A program made the position numbers and the translations under genes. Shown piece by piece: positions 29,252 through 42,100 of a stretch of 64,000 nucleotides of DNA. A model generated the notes under the pieces. The model made no database searches. It worked only from the letters and a program-made list of their open reading frames with translations, and was not told where the DNA came from. The number at the start of each line of letters is the position of its first letter. Position 1 is the stretch's first letter. The stretch spans positions 1 to 64,000 of IMG/VR virus record IMGVR_UViG_3300010885_050982. One strand, written 5' to 3'. The DNA comes from a virus.

Positions 29252-31582
29252 TCAGGAACGAGTTTTCGCAAGATCGTCATCGCCACTCCCCAGCAAAGAT
29301 GTGCGGTCGCTACGCCTTGCCAATTCTTTTTCGGCTGACTTCCCTGATTCGAATTGGAAGCAATCCACGACGTCATCGTCATGCTGCTCGCGGAATGTCA
29401 TTTCCTTGTCGATTCCCAAATCAATTCCGTCTCGCCGTTCAAAATGAACATGGCCAAGTAGCCGACAATGATCGCCATGACGAGAAGGGCGATACCGACC
29501 GGCCAGCGGACAACCACCGACCATTGCCATAACAGTTCGCCAAGGTTCTTCAGTGTCATTGTTGTTCTTTCTGGATTATTGGGTTTCGTGGCGAGTACAA
29601 CCCATCGGCGGAGTAGTGTTCAGTCATCTCGAACGTTCATCCTCTGAACTTAGCGCCAAGACAGCATAGTAGTTCGCGGGGTCAGCACCGCTGTCTCGGC
29701 AGACCTTCCACACGGCGTCGCGAGAATCGTGGGCGTCGATTTGTCCGATGTACTTGCTGGTGCCAGTTCTGTAGATGTAGTATCGGTGCATCAGAAGTCG
29801 TCTCCGCCAGATGTAATCACGATTAATCCTTTCGATTCGTCGCCATTCGCGCGTCGGGACGACTGAGTGTCATTTGATCTGCCGTGGTTGTCCGTCTGGT
29901 GGTGGAACAAAGTCCGCTGGCAACGTGTACTGCCACATGCGCGACGTCCACCTGGAATTAGATGTTTGATGCGGCTCGCAACCGCACAAGTACCAATTTC
30001 CATTATCCGGAAAGACCCACAGGCCGCGAAGAATACTCGGCGATGGTTCCCAAACGTCCCGAACGATCAATTCGTGGCCGTTGCCACTGTAGTCGCCCCA
30101 GACTTGGATTATTGTGTCGCCATGGAGGTATTTCTCTCCGGGCTTTGGCTTTCCAATGCGAATCAATTCAACGTGATTAGGAATCGCAGATTGTTCGACT
30201 TCGACTTCAATTTTCATTCGATTTCTATCCTATTAAAACTAATCAAAAAGGAACGTCGTCCTGACTCTGCGCAACCTCGACGACAGGCTGAGAAGGGACA
30301 TAAACATAACCTTCAGGGTCAGGCCAATCGTCCACGTGTCCAGGGAATTCCGCTGGCGAAAACATCCCATCTCGATGATCGTACTGCGAATTGAAATCGG
30401 AATCGTTCGATTCTTGTTCGGCACTCCCGAACAACGCGAATTGTTCGCAATCTCGTTCGTAATCGACACCGTAGGATTCTGGCGGGACATAATCTTGGAA
30501 AGGAACCGGAGCCAACGAAGGGTCGGTGGCATAAACTTCAGACCAACCAAACCCGTCGAAAGTTGACGACCCGAACTCTCCCTGAATCCCCCAAGGACGT
30601 CGGCCATCTTCGCCGAAATCCTCGTTCTCGCGAATCCACGCCACGACAGCTTTCATCGAGTTAAATCGCTTGGTAATCCGCCCGTCGATCAAATCACGTC
30701 GAATCTTAAAAATTGCCATGATCAGGTTCTCCGTTTCGTTTATCTTTCCGTCTCCATAGATCTAAACGCACTGGGGACGGAAAGGATCACGGATTATTCG
30801 ACAAGCGGGTCGAATTCGTCGAAAAACTTGGTCAAAAAAATTACCCAGGCAAGTCTTTCGTGTCTATGATTATTCCTCGGCAGTAGGGCGACCCTTCGTC
30901 AAAAACCTCGAACGTCGCGTGCGGAACGCTGGTGATGAACGTCCACGTGAAGCTTTCGCCTCTACGGCGGCGCTGGCGAACGCTCCGAGCGGGTCGGGCG
31001 GTGGGGTCATGCAAAAGCACTTGAAGTTTTTCGGCTTTGACGGAATTGAATCCGCAGTATTCGCAATTGCACCCGCAAGTTTTTGGCAGAATGTGCGTCG
31101 ATCTCAACTTAAATTCTGTACCGTTGCCTGCATCTACAAAATCGTAAATGGCCCCGCGAAATAATATGGTGTCTTCTGAGTAACCGAAGATCGCGACGAA
31201 CCCGAGATTCTTCAATTCTGTTTCTTCTGCTTTTGTCAGCTCGTCGCCGTACTCTCGGCCAGTAATCGAGTTTGCGTAATTGTAAATTGAAATTTTCATT
31301 GCGGTATCCTTACGTCACGGTGAACTTGCTGGACAACTCTTCTTTCGTCCAGTCCGCGCTTTCTTTCTTTGGGATTCCAATTCCATTCGTGCATTGCGAG
31401 TCAAACCTGTAGTCACCGCACCATTTTTCGAGAGACGTCATCGGCCACTGGTTACTGACCGTGTCGCGAGGCAATGTAGGTGCCCTGAATCGACACTCCA
31501 TGAGCGTGAATTTCTCGGCGATAATTGTTGGTCGAGCAAAAAAGCAATTCGCGCAACATTCGGTAATTTTCTCAGCAGACAT
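29252..31582 (-). other. Minus-strand accessory ORF block (29870-30217, 30243-30719, 30841-31299, 31310-31582)
   Basis: Co-oriented ORFs with SD sites, downstream of TGATCC motifs at 30764-30789 and 31628-31654. Confidence 0.6.
30764..30789 (-). promoter_or_regulatory. TGATCC-N15-CGTTT promoter motif
   Basis: Minus strand GTGATCCTTTCCG..GTGCGTTT, nearly identical to the 51506 copy; upstream of GGAG-ATG 30719. Confidence 0.7.
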
Positions 31583-31627
31583 CGGTAACCACCTTGAATC
31601 TAAATCGGTATCGTGCAATCATCCCTG

Positions 31628-31654
31628 TAACGAATCCAGGGCGAGACTGGATCA
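31628..31654 (-). promoter_or_regulatory. TGATCC-N16-CGTTA promoter motif
   Basis: Minus strand TGATCC agtctcgccctggatt CGTTA. Confidence 0.6.
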
Positions 31655-31980
31655 AACAATATTTCTAAAACGTGAGGGAAGTCAGCCTCCCTCATTGCCC
31701 CATGCGACTCGTGACCCTCCGTTGCATGGGGCTTTCCTTTTCGTCAGTGGCCCCTTCGCGTTTTGGGCCAACCCATCGCATCCCGAGCGTTGCGTCTGGA
31801 ATCCATCCACCTTTCCACGGTACTGGGTGAACTCTGTGTTGATGCCGTGAAACCGCTTTGATTGTAAAGACTCATATTGACTTCTGAAATCGAGCATCGC
31901 ACAATCTCCCCACTCACACACCCAGCGCAGAAGAACCGTACATTTGCAGGGCTTGGTGTGTGAGAACTCTGAGTGATGCA

Positions 31981-32023
31981 AAGCCCGGTCTGGCAGATGT
32001 CAGGCCGGGCTTTTTTCGTTTTT
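31981..32023 (+). terminator. Rho-independent terminator
   Basis: AGCCCGGTCTG..CAGGCCGGGCT stem followed by TTTTTT. Confidence 0.65.
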
Positions 32024-32783
32024 AGGGGACGCTTAAGCATGTCGCGAATCGAATTTATGAAGTCTTTATTGTTGCTTCCATTTTCATTGCTGTCAGGGGT
32101 TCCTTCTCGCCGTGAACCTCAGCAGCGTGTCAAATGGGCAACTCACTATGATGAGTTTGGGACTCCAGTTCCGAAAGGTGAGCGAGTGTGGATTGAGACG
32201 ATGTGTTTCCTAGATAGCGATCGACATTACAATTTCTTCGCGATCAAAGACCCAACCGCCAAACTTGGCGTCCGAGTAATAATGGAAGCGGAGGAGACGT
32301 TCTCTCATCGGCTTTTGCCGTAAATTTATGGCGATTTCCATAAATCGGTAACGACAAAACAGCCCGCGATGCGGTGATCCGTGAAGAGTTGGAAACGAGA
32401 TTGCTTCAGGGTCGACTTGGCATTAGGATATGCAGTCGACAAGCAGTCCGGTTATCGACCTGAACTGTCTTCGAGAAAGTGACTTCCAGAACCATTGAAC
32501 GTACCGCGATCCGTCAGGCATTTTATGCCCTTCCTTGTTGTGCTCGTGCTTGGGAAGTCCTGCCAAGAACTTTTGATCCCTTGCTTGAGCGTGTAGTGGG
32601 GCTAACTATGAGAACTCGCATCGGACCCGTGTCGGTGCGAGTTTCTTCTTTTACTAATCTCCAAAGACGAAAAAAACCGCAGACCCTAAGCAGGGTTGCG
32701 GCTCGTTTGCACGTTGCCTAAATGTAGAGACGAAAAAAGCCGTCCCTTCGTTACTGTGAGGCGGCGACAAGCCATCTTGTCGT

Positions 32784-33089
32784 TCACCCCCACCAGATCA
32801 CTTCCTTTTTCTTTATGTTTTGAGGCCCAAGGGAACGTCTTCGCTTTTCAAGATACTCATGGAACGCCATCGCCCCGCGTTCATTGTTGCACGGAAAGCA
32901 ACTCAGCTTCAAGTTTTCGATATTCCAGCCGCCACCTTTAGAAACGGGGATGATGTGCTCGATTGTCGCTGAAACAACAGACAGGCTCTTCAGGCAAAAG
33001 CAACACTTCGCGCCGCGACCAGCACCGAGCCGAAGCCGAATCAATTGCCGTTGCCGTGAGTTTCGACTCCGGTTGTTTTTTCTGGTCAT
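32784..33089 (-). CDS. Small HNH endonuclease (McrA-like)
   Basis: CCFC...TIEHIIP.SKGG....NL..SC..CN..RG. Confidence 0.85.
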   Translation of the reverse strand: MTRKNNRSRNSRQRQLIRLRLGAGRGAKCCFCLKSLSVVSATIEHIIPVSKGGGWNIENLKLSCFPCNNERGAMAFHEYLEKRRRSLGPQNIKKKEVIWWG

Positions 33090-33600
33090 CGAAGATTCCT
33101 TAGCCGGGTCTTTAGTCGCTTGTTTTCCGAGCGCAACTCACGGACCACGTCAATCGAGCACGTCTGGCAGTAGAGCAGATGATCTGTCTCTGGCCATTCA
33201 TGCGATGCGGTCAAGCACAGCGACACGCGGCAGCGGCGGCATCGTTTTTCTTGGTTGCTGCCAGTTTTTTCGGCGTTTGCACAAGCAGCGACCCAGTCGT
33301 CCCATTCCAAAGAACTCATTCAATCACCTCAGCCTCTCTGGTGCAATCAATTTCAGGTCGGCAGTCGAAACCGCAGTCGTTACATTCCCATCCCGTATCA
33401 AGCTCTCCGCCGCACTCTGGGCAGGTGTCGTCTTCGATCAGTTGCGACCGAGTCTTCCCGGCCTTAATCGCGTCAAAGCAACGTTCGAGGCTGGTTTTGT
33501 CGGTCATCGAAGCTGGTCCCCCATTTGGTAGTACGCTGTCTTAACTTTGTCGTTGAATCGCTGATCCAGCAGTCTTTAAGGAAGTGGATTGCTTGACTCG

Positions 33601-34185
33601 TTACAATCTCCTACTCGGATCAGGAATTCCAGGCTCGCTATGATGCGTCACGAACCACTTGATCGCTTCTCGCAACCAAAGGAATCGTGGCGTGTAGTCA
33701 CTCCAGTTTGGCGGGTCGCTTCCGTTCGTGAGTTCGTGAAGTTTTTCTCGAAAATAACCCTCGCCCCGCCAGTCGTCGAATCCATCTTCGAGCGTACGCT
33801 CAATCAATTCGCGATGCGCGGAACTGGGTTGTTCGTATCCTTCTTCGGGATTCAGTTCACCCTTCAGCCACTCCTCCAATCTCTCGGGCGAGAACTCCGT
33901 CGTCGGAAAGTCTCGCGAAACCTTCTCCGCAAAGTAGTCGATCGACCGAATCAATCCTCGACACCACGGAAGCATGTCGTACGATCGACTGACGATCATG
34001 TCGCCCAGGTCGCCGGTAATGATCAGTGATCCGGGGATCGTCGTGATATCGAACCAGAAACAGCCTTCATCCGGGTTGTGACATCGCCACGACCGATAGA
34101 CCCCGTTCCGCGATCGCTCTTCGACAACGTGGTGCTCGAAAGCCTTCTTTGCGCGTTCGGCGCATTCGTCTTCTCTACGTGCCAT
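33601..34185 (-). CDS. Phage hypothetical protein
   Basis: 194-aa ORF; WFDITTIPGSLIITGDLG and Y.AEK motifs; downstream of TGATCC motif 34267-34293. Confidence 0.65.
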   Translation of the reverse strand: MARREDECAERAKKAFEHHVVEERSRNGVYRSWRCHNPDEGCFWFDITTIPGSLIITGDLGDMIVSRSYDMLPWCRGLIRSIDYFAEKVSRDFPTTEFSPERLEEWLKGELNPEEGYEQPSSAHRELIERTLEDGFDDWRGEGYFREKLHELTNGSDPPNWSDYTPRFLWLREAIKWFVTHHSEPGIPDPSRRL

Positions 34186-34266
34186 TGAAATGCATCCTGA
34201 AGTCAGAGTTCCTTTTTCTTGCCGAGCCGTTTAAGCAGCTGAACATTCGACCTGACGATCGCCTAA

Positions 34267-34293
34267 TAACGCAAGACTCCCTGCGTTGGATCA
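34267..34293 (-). promoter_or_regulatory. TGATCC-N16-CGTTA promoter motif
   Basis: Minus strand TGATCC aacgcagggagtcttg CGTTA, divergent from the portal. Confidence 0.6.
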
Positions 34294-34356
34294 AAACAAA
34301 TTCCGCTTTCGCCTCAATTCCTTATCCGATAGACTTCCAAAGCAAAATGAGGCAAC

Positions 34357-36099
34357 GTGAAAACGAGCCGAAACGCGACCAATGTCGACGGTTCGGCTTT
34401 TCTCTTGATGGGTTCCCCGATGAACGGACAGGTCGATAACCTCAGCAACGCACTCCGCGCCGGGGTCGAGATCCTGTTGACGGACAGCAACGGCGGCAAG
34501 AACTGGGTCGCGCCCCATCAAGGCAAGTACCCTATCGGCCACACGGAAACGTTCTTAAATCGTTACACTTCAATGGCTAGGGTGTACCGAGATTATGACG
34601 AGTCGATTATCGATTCGCGAGACAACGCTCGCTTCATGTGGAATGACGTCGGAATTCGCGAGTGCATCGACAGCCGCATGCGATCGGTTTCTCTGCTCAA
34701 CTGGCATTTAGAGCCAGAAGACGAGTTAAGCCCAGACCAAGCAGCGTTTTGCACGTTTTTGGAAAAAGTGATCCGCAAGATTCGGTACTTCACAAAATAC
34801 CGACAGTCGATGCAATTGGCGATCTGGCTTGGCAAGCAAGGAATGAATCATCGCTGGCGATCCGATATGGTTGGTGGAACCGCAGTTTGGAAACCGACTG
34901 GGATTCATCAGGACGATTTCGGGTGGCGTCCGATTCACGGAGACAAACTTGTTTTTCGTATGGATCGACCAATTGGCGTTCCGGGTGCCTACGCCGGTCA
35001 ATTGGGTGTTCGCGTCGGAGCTTGGGGGCACAAAGCTGGAGATGTGATCAACGATCGCTGGAGGCTCGAATCGACAGATTACGGACTTGCCTACTTCCTG
35101 TCCCCGGCAGAGCGTCGGTTGCTGGCTGTGCATCGCCACAACATCGAAGATGCCGCGTACGAAGACGGGGTCCGGGCAGGCGTGATCAACGGAACCGGTA
35201 TTCGATCGGTCGTCTACTGGGAATGGGTTCAATCCAAGGAAGCAATGGCTTTCATGGTTGAGTTCGTCGAGCGTATGGCTGGCGGGGTACAGATCTGGAA
35301 GTATCCACAGGGTAATCAGCAAGCATTGGCGGAAGCGAAAGCAGCAGCCGAGAATTACAACTCAGGCCAAGAGCACATCATGCTTGTGCCGGTCCCAATC
35401 GGCGAAAACGGATCGCAATACGGGGTTGATGTCGTCGAGCCGGGATTTCAAGGGGTCGAGACTCTTCAACATCTGATCAAGGATTATTTCGGCGATCGGA
35501 TCAAACGGTACATTCTCGGGCAGAAACTGTCGTCCGAAGCCGAAGCGACCGGCATGGGGTCTGGGGTCGCTGAACTCCATCTGGACACGCTGTTGCAGAT
35601 CCTCCGAAGCGACGCGACCGCGCACGAAGAATGCCTGACGTCGGAACTGGTCGAGACTCTGATCAAAATCAACGTCCAGAAAAAAGCGTTCATGCATCCG
35701 GGTTTCATTCCGCGATTCGTCGTTGAAACTGAAGAACCGGACGTCGATAAGAAGCTCGAAGGGTGCGTCACGGCAGCGAAGGAACTCGGATTGAAATTCC
35801 GTAAGAAAGATATTTACGAGCTTGTCGGCATGGCGATGCCGGGTCCGGGTGACGACGTTACCGAACCCCTATCGGCAGGCGGAGCAGGTCCCGGCGGGGA
35901 AAATCCACCAGGCCAAGAAGAGCAGCAACCGGTCGATGTTGCCCCGCCATCGGAAAGCAAAGAGCCGAAAGACGGGACGGACTCGAAAGAGGATGACACC
36001 GCACGGGATGATAACGGCGGGCACGGTGTATCGAAATCGAGCCTCCAGCGGTACGCAAAAACCATACTTCATCGGTACGGCGGACTGAAACGGACGTGA
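34357..36099 (+). CDS. Portal protein (DUF935 / Mu gp29-like)
   Basis: I..R...V..L.W.LEP; KYP.G; I.RYILGQ.LSS......G.G.A.LH...DA......L...LV..L..IN; acidic C-terminal tail. Confidence 0.8.
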   Translation: MKTSRNATNVDGSAFLLMGSPMNGQVDNLSNALRAGVEILLTDSNGGKNWVAPHQGKYPIGHTETFLNRYTSMARVYRDYDESIIDSRDNARFMWNDVGIRECIDSRMRSVSLLNWHLEPEDELSPDQAAFCTFLEKVIRKIRYFTKYRQSMQLAIWLGKQGMNHRWRSDMVGGTAVWKPTGIHQDDFGWRPIHGDKLVFRMDRPIGVPGAYAGQLGVRVGAWGHKAGDVINDRWRLESTDYGLAYFLSPAERRLLAVHRHNIEDAAYEDGVRAGVINGTGIRSVVYWEWVQSKEAMAFMVEFVERMAGGVQIWKYPQGNQQALAEAKAAAENYNSGQEHIMLVPVPIGENGSQYGVDVVEPGFQGVETLQHLIKDYFGDRIKRYILGQKLSSEAEATGMGSGVAELHLDTLLQILRSDATAHEECLTSELVETLIKINVQKKAFMHPGFIPRFVVETEEPDVDKKLEGCVTAAKELGLKFRKKDIYELVGMAMPGPGDDVTEPLSAGGAGPGGENPPGQEEQQPVDVAPPSESKEPKDGTDSKEDDTARDDNGGHGVSKSSLQRYAKTILHRYGGLKRT

Positions 36100-36124
36100 C
36101 GATTTTCTAAGACTTAGAAAATCG
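36100..36124. promoter_or_regulatory. Palindrome CGATTTTCTAAG-A-CTTAGAAAATCG (copy 3)
   Basis: 12-bp perfect arms starting 1 nt after the portal stop. Confidence 0.7.
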
Positions 36125-36165
36125 ACGATCGCGCAGATGGCAACTTATTTGTGGATCAAGAATCA

Positions 36166-39100
36166 ATGAAAACCATTCAAGAGCGAATCCAAGACTCCAT
36201 CGAACGATATTCGGCTACCGAAGGGCGATGGATAACGATCAACGGCACTCACGTCCAGTTGGACAAGAGCGGGATTGTCGTGTCTGGCCCTGATCGGCTT
36301 CGGGGTCGCATGAAAGCGCCGGAAGCCCCGTCGTGGTTTCGAGGAAAGAGAAAGTCTCCTCCTCAAGACACCCCGGAGATTGAATTCAAATCAGCGGAAA
36401 AACCAAAGCTGAAAGCCAATCTTGGTGCGGACATCTACAAAATGATGCTCGCGCATCAGGCCGCAGAAAAGCAGAAAAAGGACGACGCGGAAGCGAGCAG
36501 GGAATTTGACCGAAAGGACGCCATTGCGCGAAAGTTGCCACCAGCCGCGAAAGACGTGAAACATTCCGGCCTGAATGCGATCAAAAAACAGATCAAGGGA
36601 GGTAAGCGGGCGGATGGTCAGTTCTTCTCACCTGAAGAAATGGACGAACTGTATCGCACCTTCTTGTTCACAATGCGAAAAGCAATGGGCATGACGGAAC
36701 CGACCGCACGAGACCAGCAAGCATTCCGGGACAATCCAGATCACGTCCTAAGCAAGTTTTCAAAGCGATTTACCGAAGCGTATGCAAAGTCGAAAGCCAA
36801 ACTTGCAGCGGGACAGAAAAGCCTGTTTGATGACGACTTCGAGGATTTCCCGGTCCCCGCGATTCCTGTCGCCGAGATTCCGGCCCCAAAAGAAGAGAAA
36901 AAGACGGTCGTGACGGAAAAGTTCGTCGCGAAACCGAAAGTCACCACATTCAAGGAAGCGAGATCCGAGAAGCCATCCAAGCCTGTAGCCAAGCACGGCA
37001 CTCCAAAAGGGAGGCACTGGATTACGCTCCATCACGGCGCTCTTGGCGGCAAAGGGTCGCGGGTGCAGATCGATGACGACGGAACGATCGTTCTGGGTCA
37101 CCCGTCGCTTGTGGGTAAAAATCTCAGCGATATGAAGAAAGTCACAGAATCGGTCAAGCCTGATCAAGAGGAATCGACAGGCGAAGACCGGTCTGCGGAT
37201 CTTCGGTTGGCCGACAAGCTTGCCGACAGGCTTGCGTCGGGAGAGGATCTGTCCGCGAAAGAGTTGTTCGCAATCGCCAATGAAAATCACGGCGGAACAC
37301 GAGCCGAAAACAAATACGGACAGTCCCAAGCGTACGACTCGCTGGAATATGCGATCAACAAAAACCTGGAAGGGGAAACCGATCCACGGGCGAAGCTGTA
37401 TTCAGCGGTCGAGCAGGCTCGTCAAATGGCGAAAACTGTCGATCAGCTGCCCACTCAAACGAACCGAGACGGCAACAAAGTTTTGATGCAGCAGTTTTCG
37501 ACCCCGCCGCACTTCGCCTATGCGGTAAATTGGTTGGCAAACATCGAGCCGGGCGACAAGGTGCTCGAACCATCCGCTGGAACTGGATCTCTCGTCGTTC
37601 ACGCAAAAAATGCGGGCGGGGACGTCTACGCAAATGAACTCGACCCGGATCGCGCTCAGTATCTGGAGGACATGCTCGGAAAAGGGAAAGTCTCCGTTGA
37701 GAATGCGGAGCAGATTGCCGGTATCCTTCCGGGTCGGGGCGTCCCCAAATTTGACACGATCGTCATGAATCCGCCATTCTCGTCCACGGCAGGTCGAACA
37801 GACAGCAAAGACATCCTTACTGGCGCAAAGCACATTGAGGAAGCGGCGATGTTGCTGAAGGATGGGGGGCGGCTTGTCTCCATTGTTGGCGGCGGAATGG
37901 GTCCGGACCGATCGCGGTATCGAGACTTTTTTAAGAAAATGCAAGAAAATGGTTTGATCCTTCGTGCAAACGTTCTCGTTAGCGGGGAAGATATCTACTC
38001 CAAATATGGAACGAAGTTTGATTCGAGAGTTTTGGTCTTCGACAAGACATCAAAAGAAGATCGACTTTCTGAAAAACCGGTTTTCGGCGAAGTTGATGAC
38101 ATTTCAGATTTGATGGAACTTTTAGAAGGGGTCCGAAATGACCGAACTCGAATTGATGAACCATCCAGCGAACAAGCTGGCGACGAAACTGATCAAGCAA
38201 ACGGGGGAAAATCCGAACCCGGAGATTCTGCCGATTCTTCGGCTGGCGCAAGTGTTTCTGGAGACGAAAGTGACGCCATCCCTGGAGATGACGGAACTGG
38301 CGAATTCGGCGTATCAGATGGAGGCACAACCGAAAGAGACAGTGGCGTGCCTGCTGACGTCGGACCCGGAGCAACTGGATCTGGATCGAGCGGAGAATCC
38401 GAAGCTCTCCAGTCAGCTATTAAGCGACGCACTGGACGTTCTCGAAAGGGAAATGCGGGAGGAAAAGGAGCATCCGGGAAGGATACCGGCGGAAAACCTC
38501 CAGAACAGTCTGATGCTGATAAACAGCGGCTTCGACCTCCAGAGCCTGTAGCATTCGAGTCCGATTCGTCTGGTCCCGTCGACAAGACTGGCGAGGGGGA
38601 TGTTGCGACTCAGTCTGATCTCGGCGAGTCGCTGTATGATCTCTATAAACCGCAAGCACTGGTAAAGGGCGCCCACCCGCACGCCACGGCGCTCGTCGAA
38701 TCGGCGGCGATGGCAGCAGTCAAGCCTCCGGTCGCGACGTATCGCCCTGTTTTGTCTCCGGACATCGTCGAAAAAGGAATGCTGTCGGCTGCGGCACTCG
38801 AAACAGTCGTGTATGCGGGGCAATCGCACTCACAGATGCTGGAAGCCGACCCTGGCAAGCCCGAAATGCGTAGGGGGTACTTTATCGGCGATGGCACGGG
38901 TGCCGGGAAGGGAAGGGAGTTGTCCGGGGTCATTACCGACAACTTCAATCAAGGCCGGAAGAAAGCCGTCTGGTTGACGAAATCGCAAGGACTGATCAAC
39001 GATGCTGTCCGGGATTGGGTGGACGTCGGGAATGATAAATCGGACATTTTCCATTTCGACAAGATCCGGAAAGGGAACAACGTACCTGATGACGGGATTG

Positions 39101-42100
39101 CGTTCATTACTTACTCTACATTGCGATCGAAACCGAAGGATGCGAGCAAGAAATCAAACATCGACCAGCTTGTTGACTGGCTTGGGCCTGATTTTGATGG
39201 CGTGATCGCTTTCGATGAAGCCCACCTGATGGCAAACGCCATGAACACTGAGGGTGAGCGGGGAATCAAAAAAGCGAGCCAGCAGGCATTGGCCGGGATT
39301 GAATTGCAGCAGCGACTTCCAAGCGCGAGAGTCGTGTATTCGTCGGCAACCGGAGCAACCGAGCTTGGTAACTTGGCCTATGCCGAACGTCTCGGTATCT
39401 GGGGTCGCGGAACGCCATTCGCGGACAAGAATTCGTTCATCAACGACATGTCCGAGGGCGGGGTCGCTGCGATGGAACAAATCGCTCAGTCACTCAAGGC
39501 AACCGGAAGCTACTGCTCACGCGCAATCGCGATGGATGACGGTACGCCTAACGGCAAGGTGACATACGATCGATTGACGCATCACCTGAGCGACGATCAG
39601 CACGAACAGTACAACGCATTGGCGGATGGCTGGCAGAGTGTTTTGGAAAATATCGACAAAGCATTGGAAATGACGGGCGGCAGCGATAGCCCACAAGCAA
39701 AATCAGCCGCCAGTTCGGCTTTCTGGGGGGCGCAACAGAGATTCTTCAATCAAGTCATGACGTCGATGCAGACACCGGCGGTCATTGAGGCGATGTCGGC
39801 TGACATTAAAGAAGGTCGGTCACCGGTCATCCAACTCGTCAACACGATGGAAGCCTCTACGAAACGAGCGTTGGCCGAACGCGGCGAGGACGACGAAGAT
39901 GCCGATATCGACGTCTCGCCTCGCAAGATCCTTCAGCAGTACCTTGCCACGTGCTTCCCAACGGAGCGGTACGAAAGCTACACCGACGAGGACGGGAACG
40001 AGCGGTCGCGCATGGTCACGCAAGTGAAGCGTGACGAGCACGGAAAGCCCACGACCAATGACAAGGGTGAAGTCTTGATGGAACCGGTCCACGACCCACG
40101 GGCGGTCGCGTTGCGTGACAAAATGCTTCAGGACGTTGCCGCTTACCGAATTCCAGATCCACCAATCGATCAGATCATCAACCATTTCGGTCACGAAAAA
40201 GTTGCTGAAATAACCGGACGGTCGATTCGCAAGATTAAGATGGAGGAAGATGACGAGCCGAAGTTCTATCCGCGAAACTCAGCGGTCGCGAATCAGGCGG
40301 AGTCCAAAGCGTTTCAAGATAACCAGAAAAACATCCTGATTTTTTCGGGGGCTGGGGACACAGGCTTTTCGTACCACGCTGCGCGAAACATCAAAAACCA
40401 AGGTCGTCGTGTCCATTACATGCTTCAGCCAGGCTGGCGTGCGGACGCTGCCGTGCAAGGATTCGGTCGAACGAACCGAACCAACCAATCGTCGGCACCG
40501 CATTATCGGCTTGTTGAAATCGACGAGTTGAAGGGTCAAAAGCGTTTCATCTCGACAATCGCTCGACGACTGGATCAACTGGGCGCGATCACCAAGGGTC
40601 AACGTCAGACCGGCGGTGGCGGACTTTTCGCCGCCAGCGACAACTTGGAAAGCACCGAAGCGAAAGCCGCGCTGGAACAATTCTTCCACAACCTCAAGGC
40701 CGGTGCGATTGAAGGGTTGGATCACACTGACGTCATGCGTCAGTTGGGCCTTGCAAAAAAAGAAGAGTCCAACCGAAAACAGGGCAAGGATACTCCTCCT
40801 CCAGAAATGGGGCAGTTCTTGAATCGCATGCTGTCCATGCGCGTCGGGATGCAGGGGAAAGTGTTCGAAGCGTACGAAAAGCAGCTTCAGCAAGTTGTCG
40901 CCAAGGCAATCGAAGACGGCACGCTCGACTCAGGGGTCGAGAATTACCCAGCAAGCCAGATCAACCGAAAACAAGACTCGGTCGTTTTCAGGGAGCCGAA
41001 GAGCGGCGCGGAAGCTCGGCACATCATCGCGAAGTGCAAAACCAAGTCCGACAAAATGCCGTTCAAGGAAATCGAATCCAAATCAAAACAGCCGGAGAAG
41101 TTTGTCCGAAACAAGCAATCTGGTCACGTCTACGCTGCTTACAAGGGCGTCAACGAAACCGACCCAAAAACCGGCGAAGTCAAAGAGACGTACGTTTTGG
41201 TTGGTGCATCTGGAAATCGTCGATCGGGAGTAGAGAAAGCTGACTTAGAAGGCGATTGGACAGCACGTCGATACAAGGACTGGAAACAGCCGAAGTTCGA
41301 CAAGCTCGACAAAGACGAAGCGGAGCGACTTTGGAAAGATCAGTACGACAAGATTCCAGACTTCAGCGAATCGGATCAGCATTTTCTGACAGGTGCGCTG
41401 CTGCCGATCTGGGACCGAATCCCAGGGAATAAGCCGAAGATCTATCGCATGCGTCTCGAAGACGGTCAAACGATCGTCGGTCGGCACATTCCAGCAAAGC
41501 ACGTCCCAGAAATGCTCCAGCGACTTGGGGCACATGTGGAAGCCGAATCTCACACGGCAGCGGGAACACATTCCGCACTCACTGGAGGCCGACATCGAGC
41601 CGTGCTGGCAAACGGATGGAAACTCAAGCCGGTCATGGTGCAGGGTGAGCGGCGAATTGAGTTGGTTGGACCATCCTCAATGTCCGAGGTGCGCCAGATC
41701 GAAGCAGACGGAGTCAAGAAGGAACTCAAGGGTGGGTACGATCCGCACTATTACGTCCCGGTCGGTGAGGATGGCGTGAAAGTTCTGGAGAGACTGACGA
41801 AATCACGTCCGATTACGGAAGTGGCTGAAATCGAGAAGAGCAAGTATTCGCGACCGGCAACCACAGAAGGACGAATCCAGGCGGCACGGGCAACTGTGAT
41901 GCACGCCGTCGAGTTTGTCGCGATGCCTCGACGAGAGTTTTTCCAACAAGCGGCGGTGCCGAAATCCCGGTTCGAGATGGCGAAAGAGCGTTACGCCCGC
42001 CACAAGCCCGCGTCAGGGCAAATGTCGATGGAAAGCCACTGGATCACTCTCCACGGGGGCAGCGAAGGCGGCGGAACTCACGTTGAGGTCGACGGGAAAG

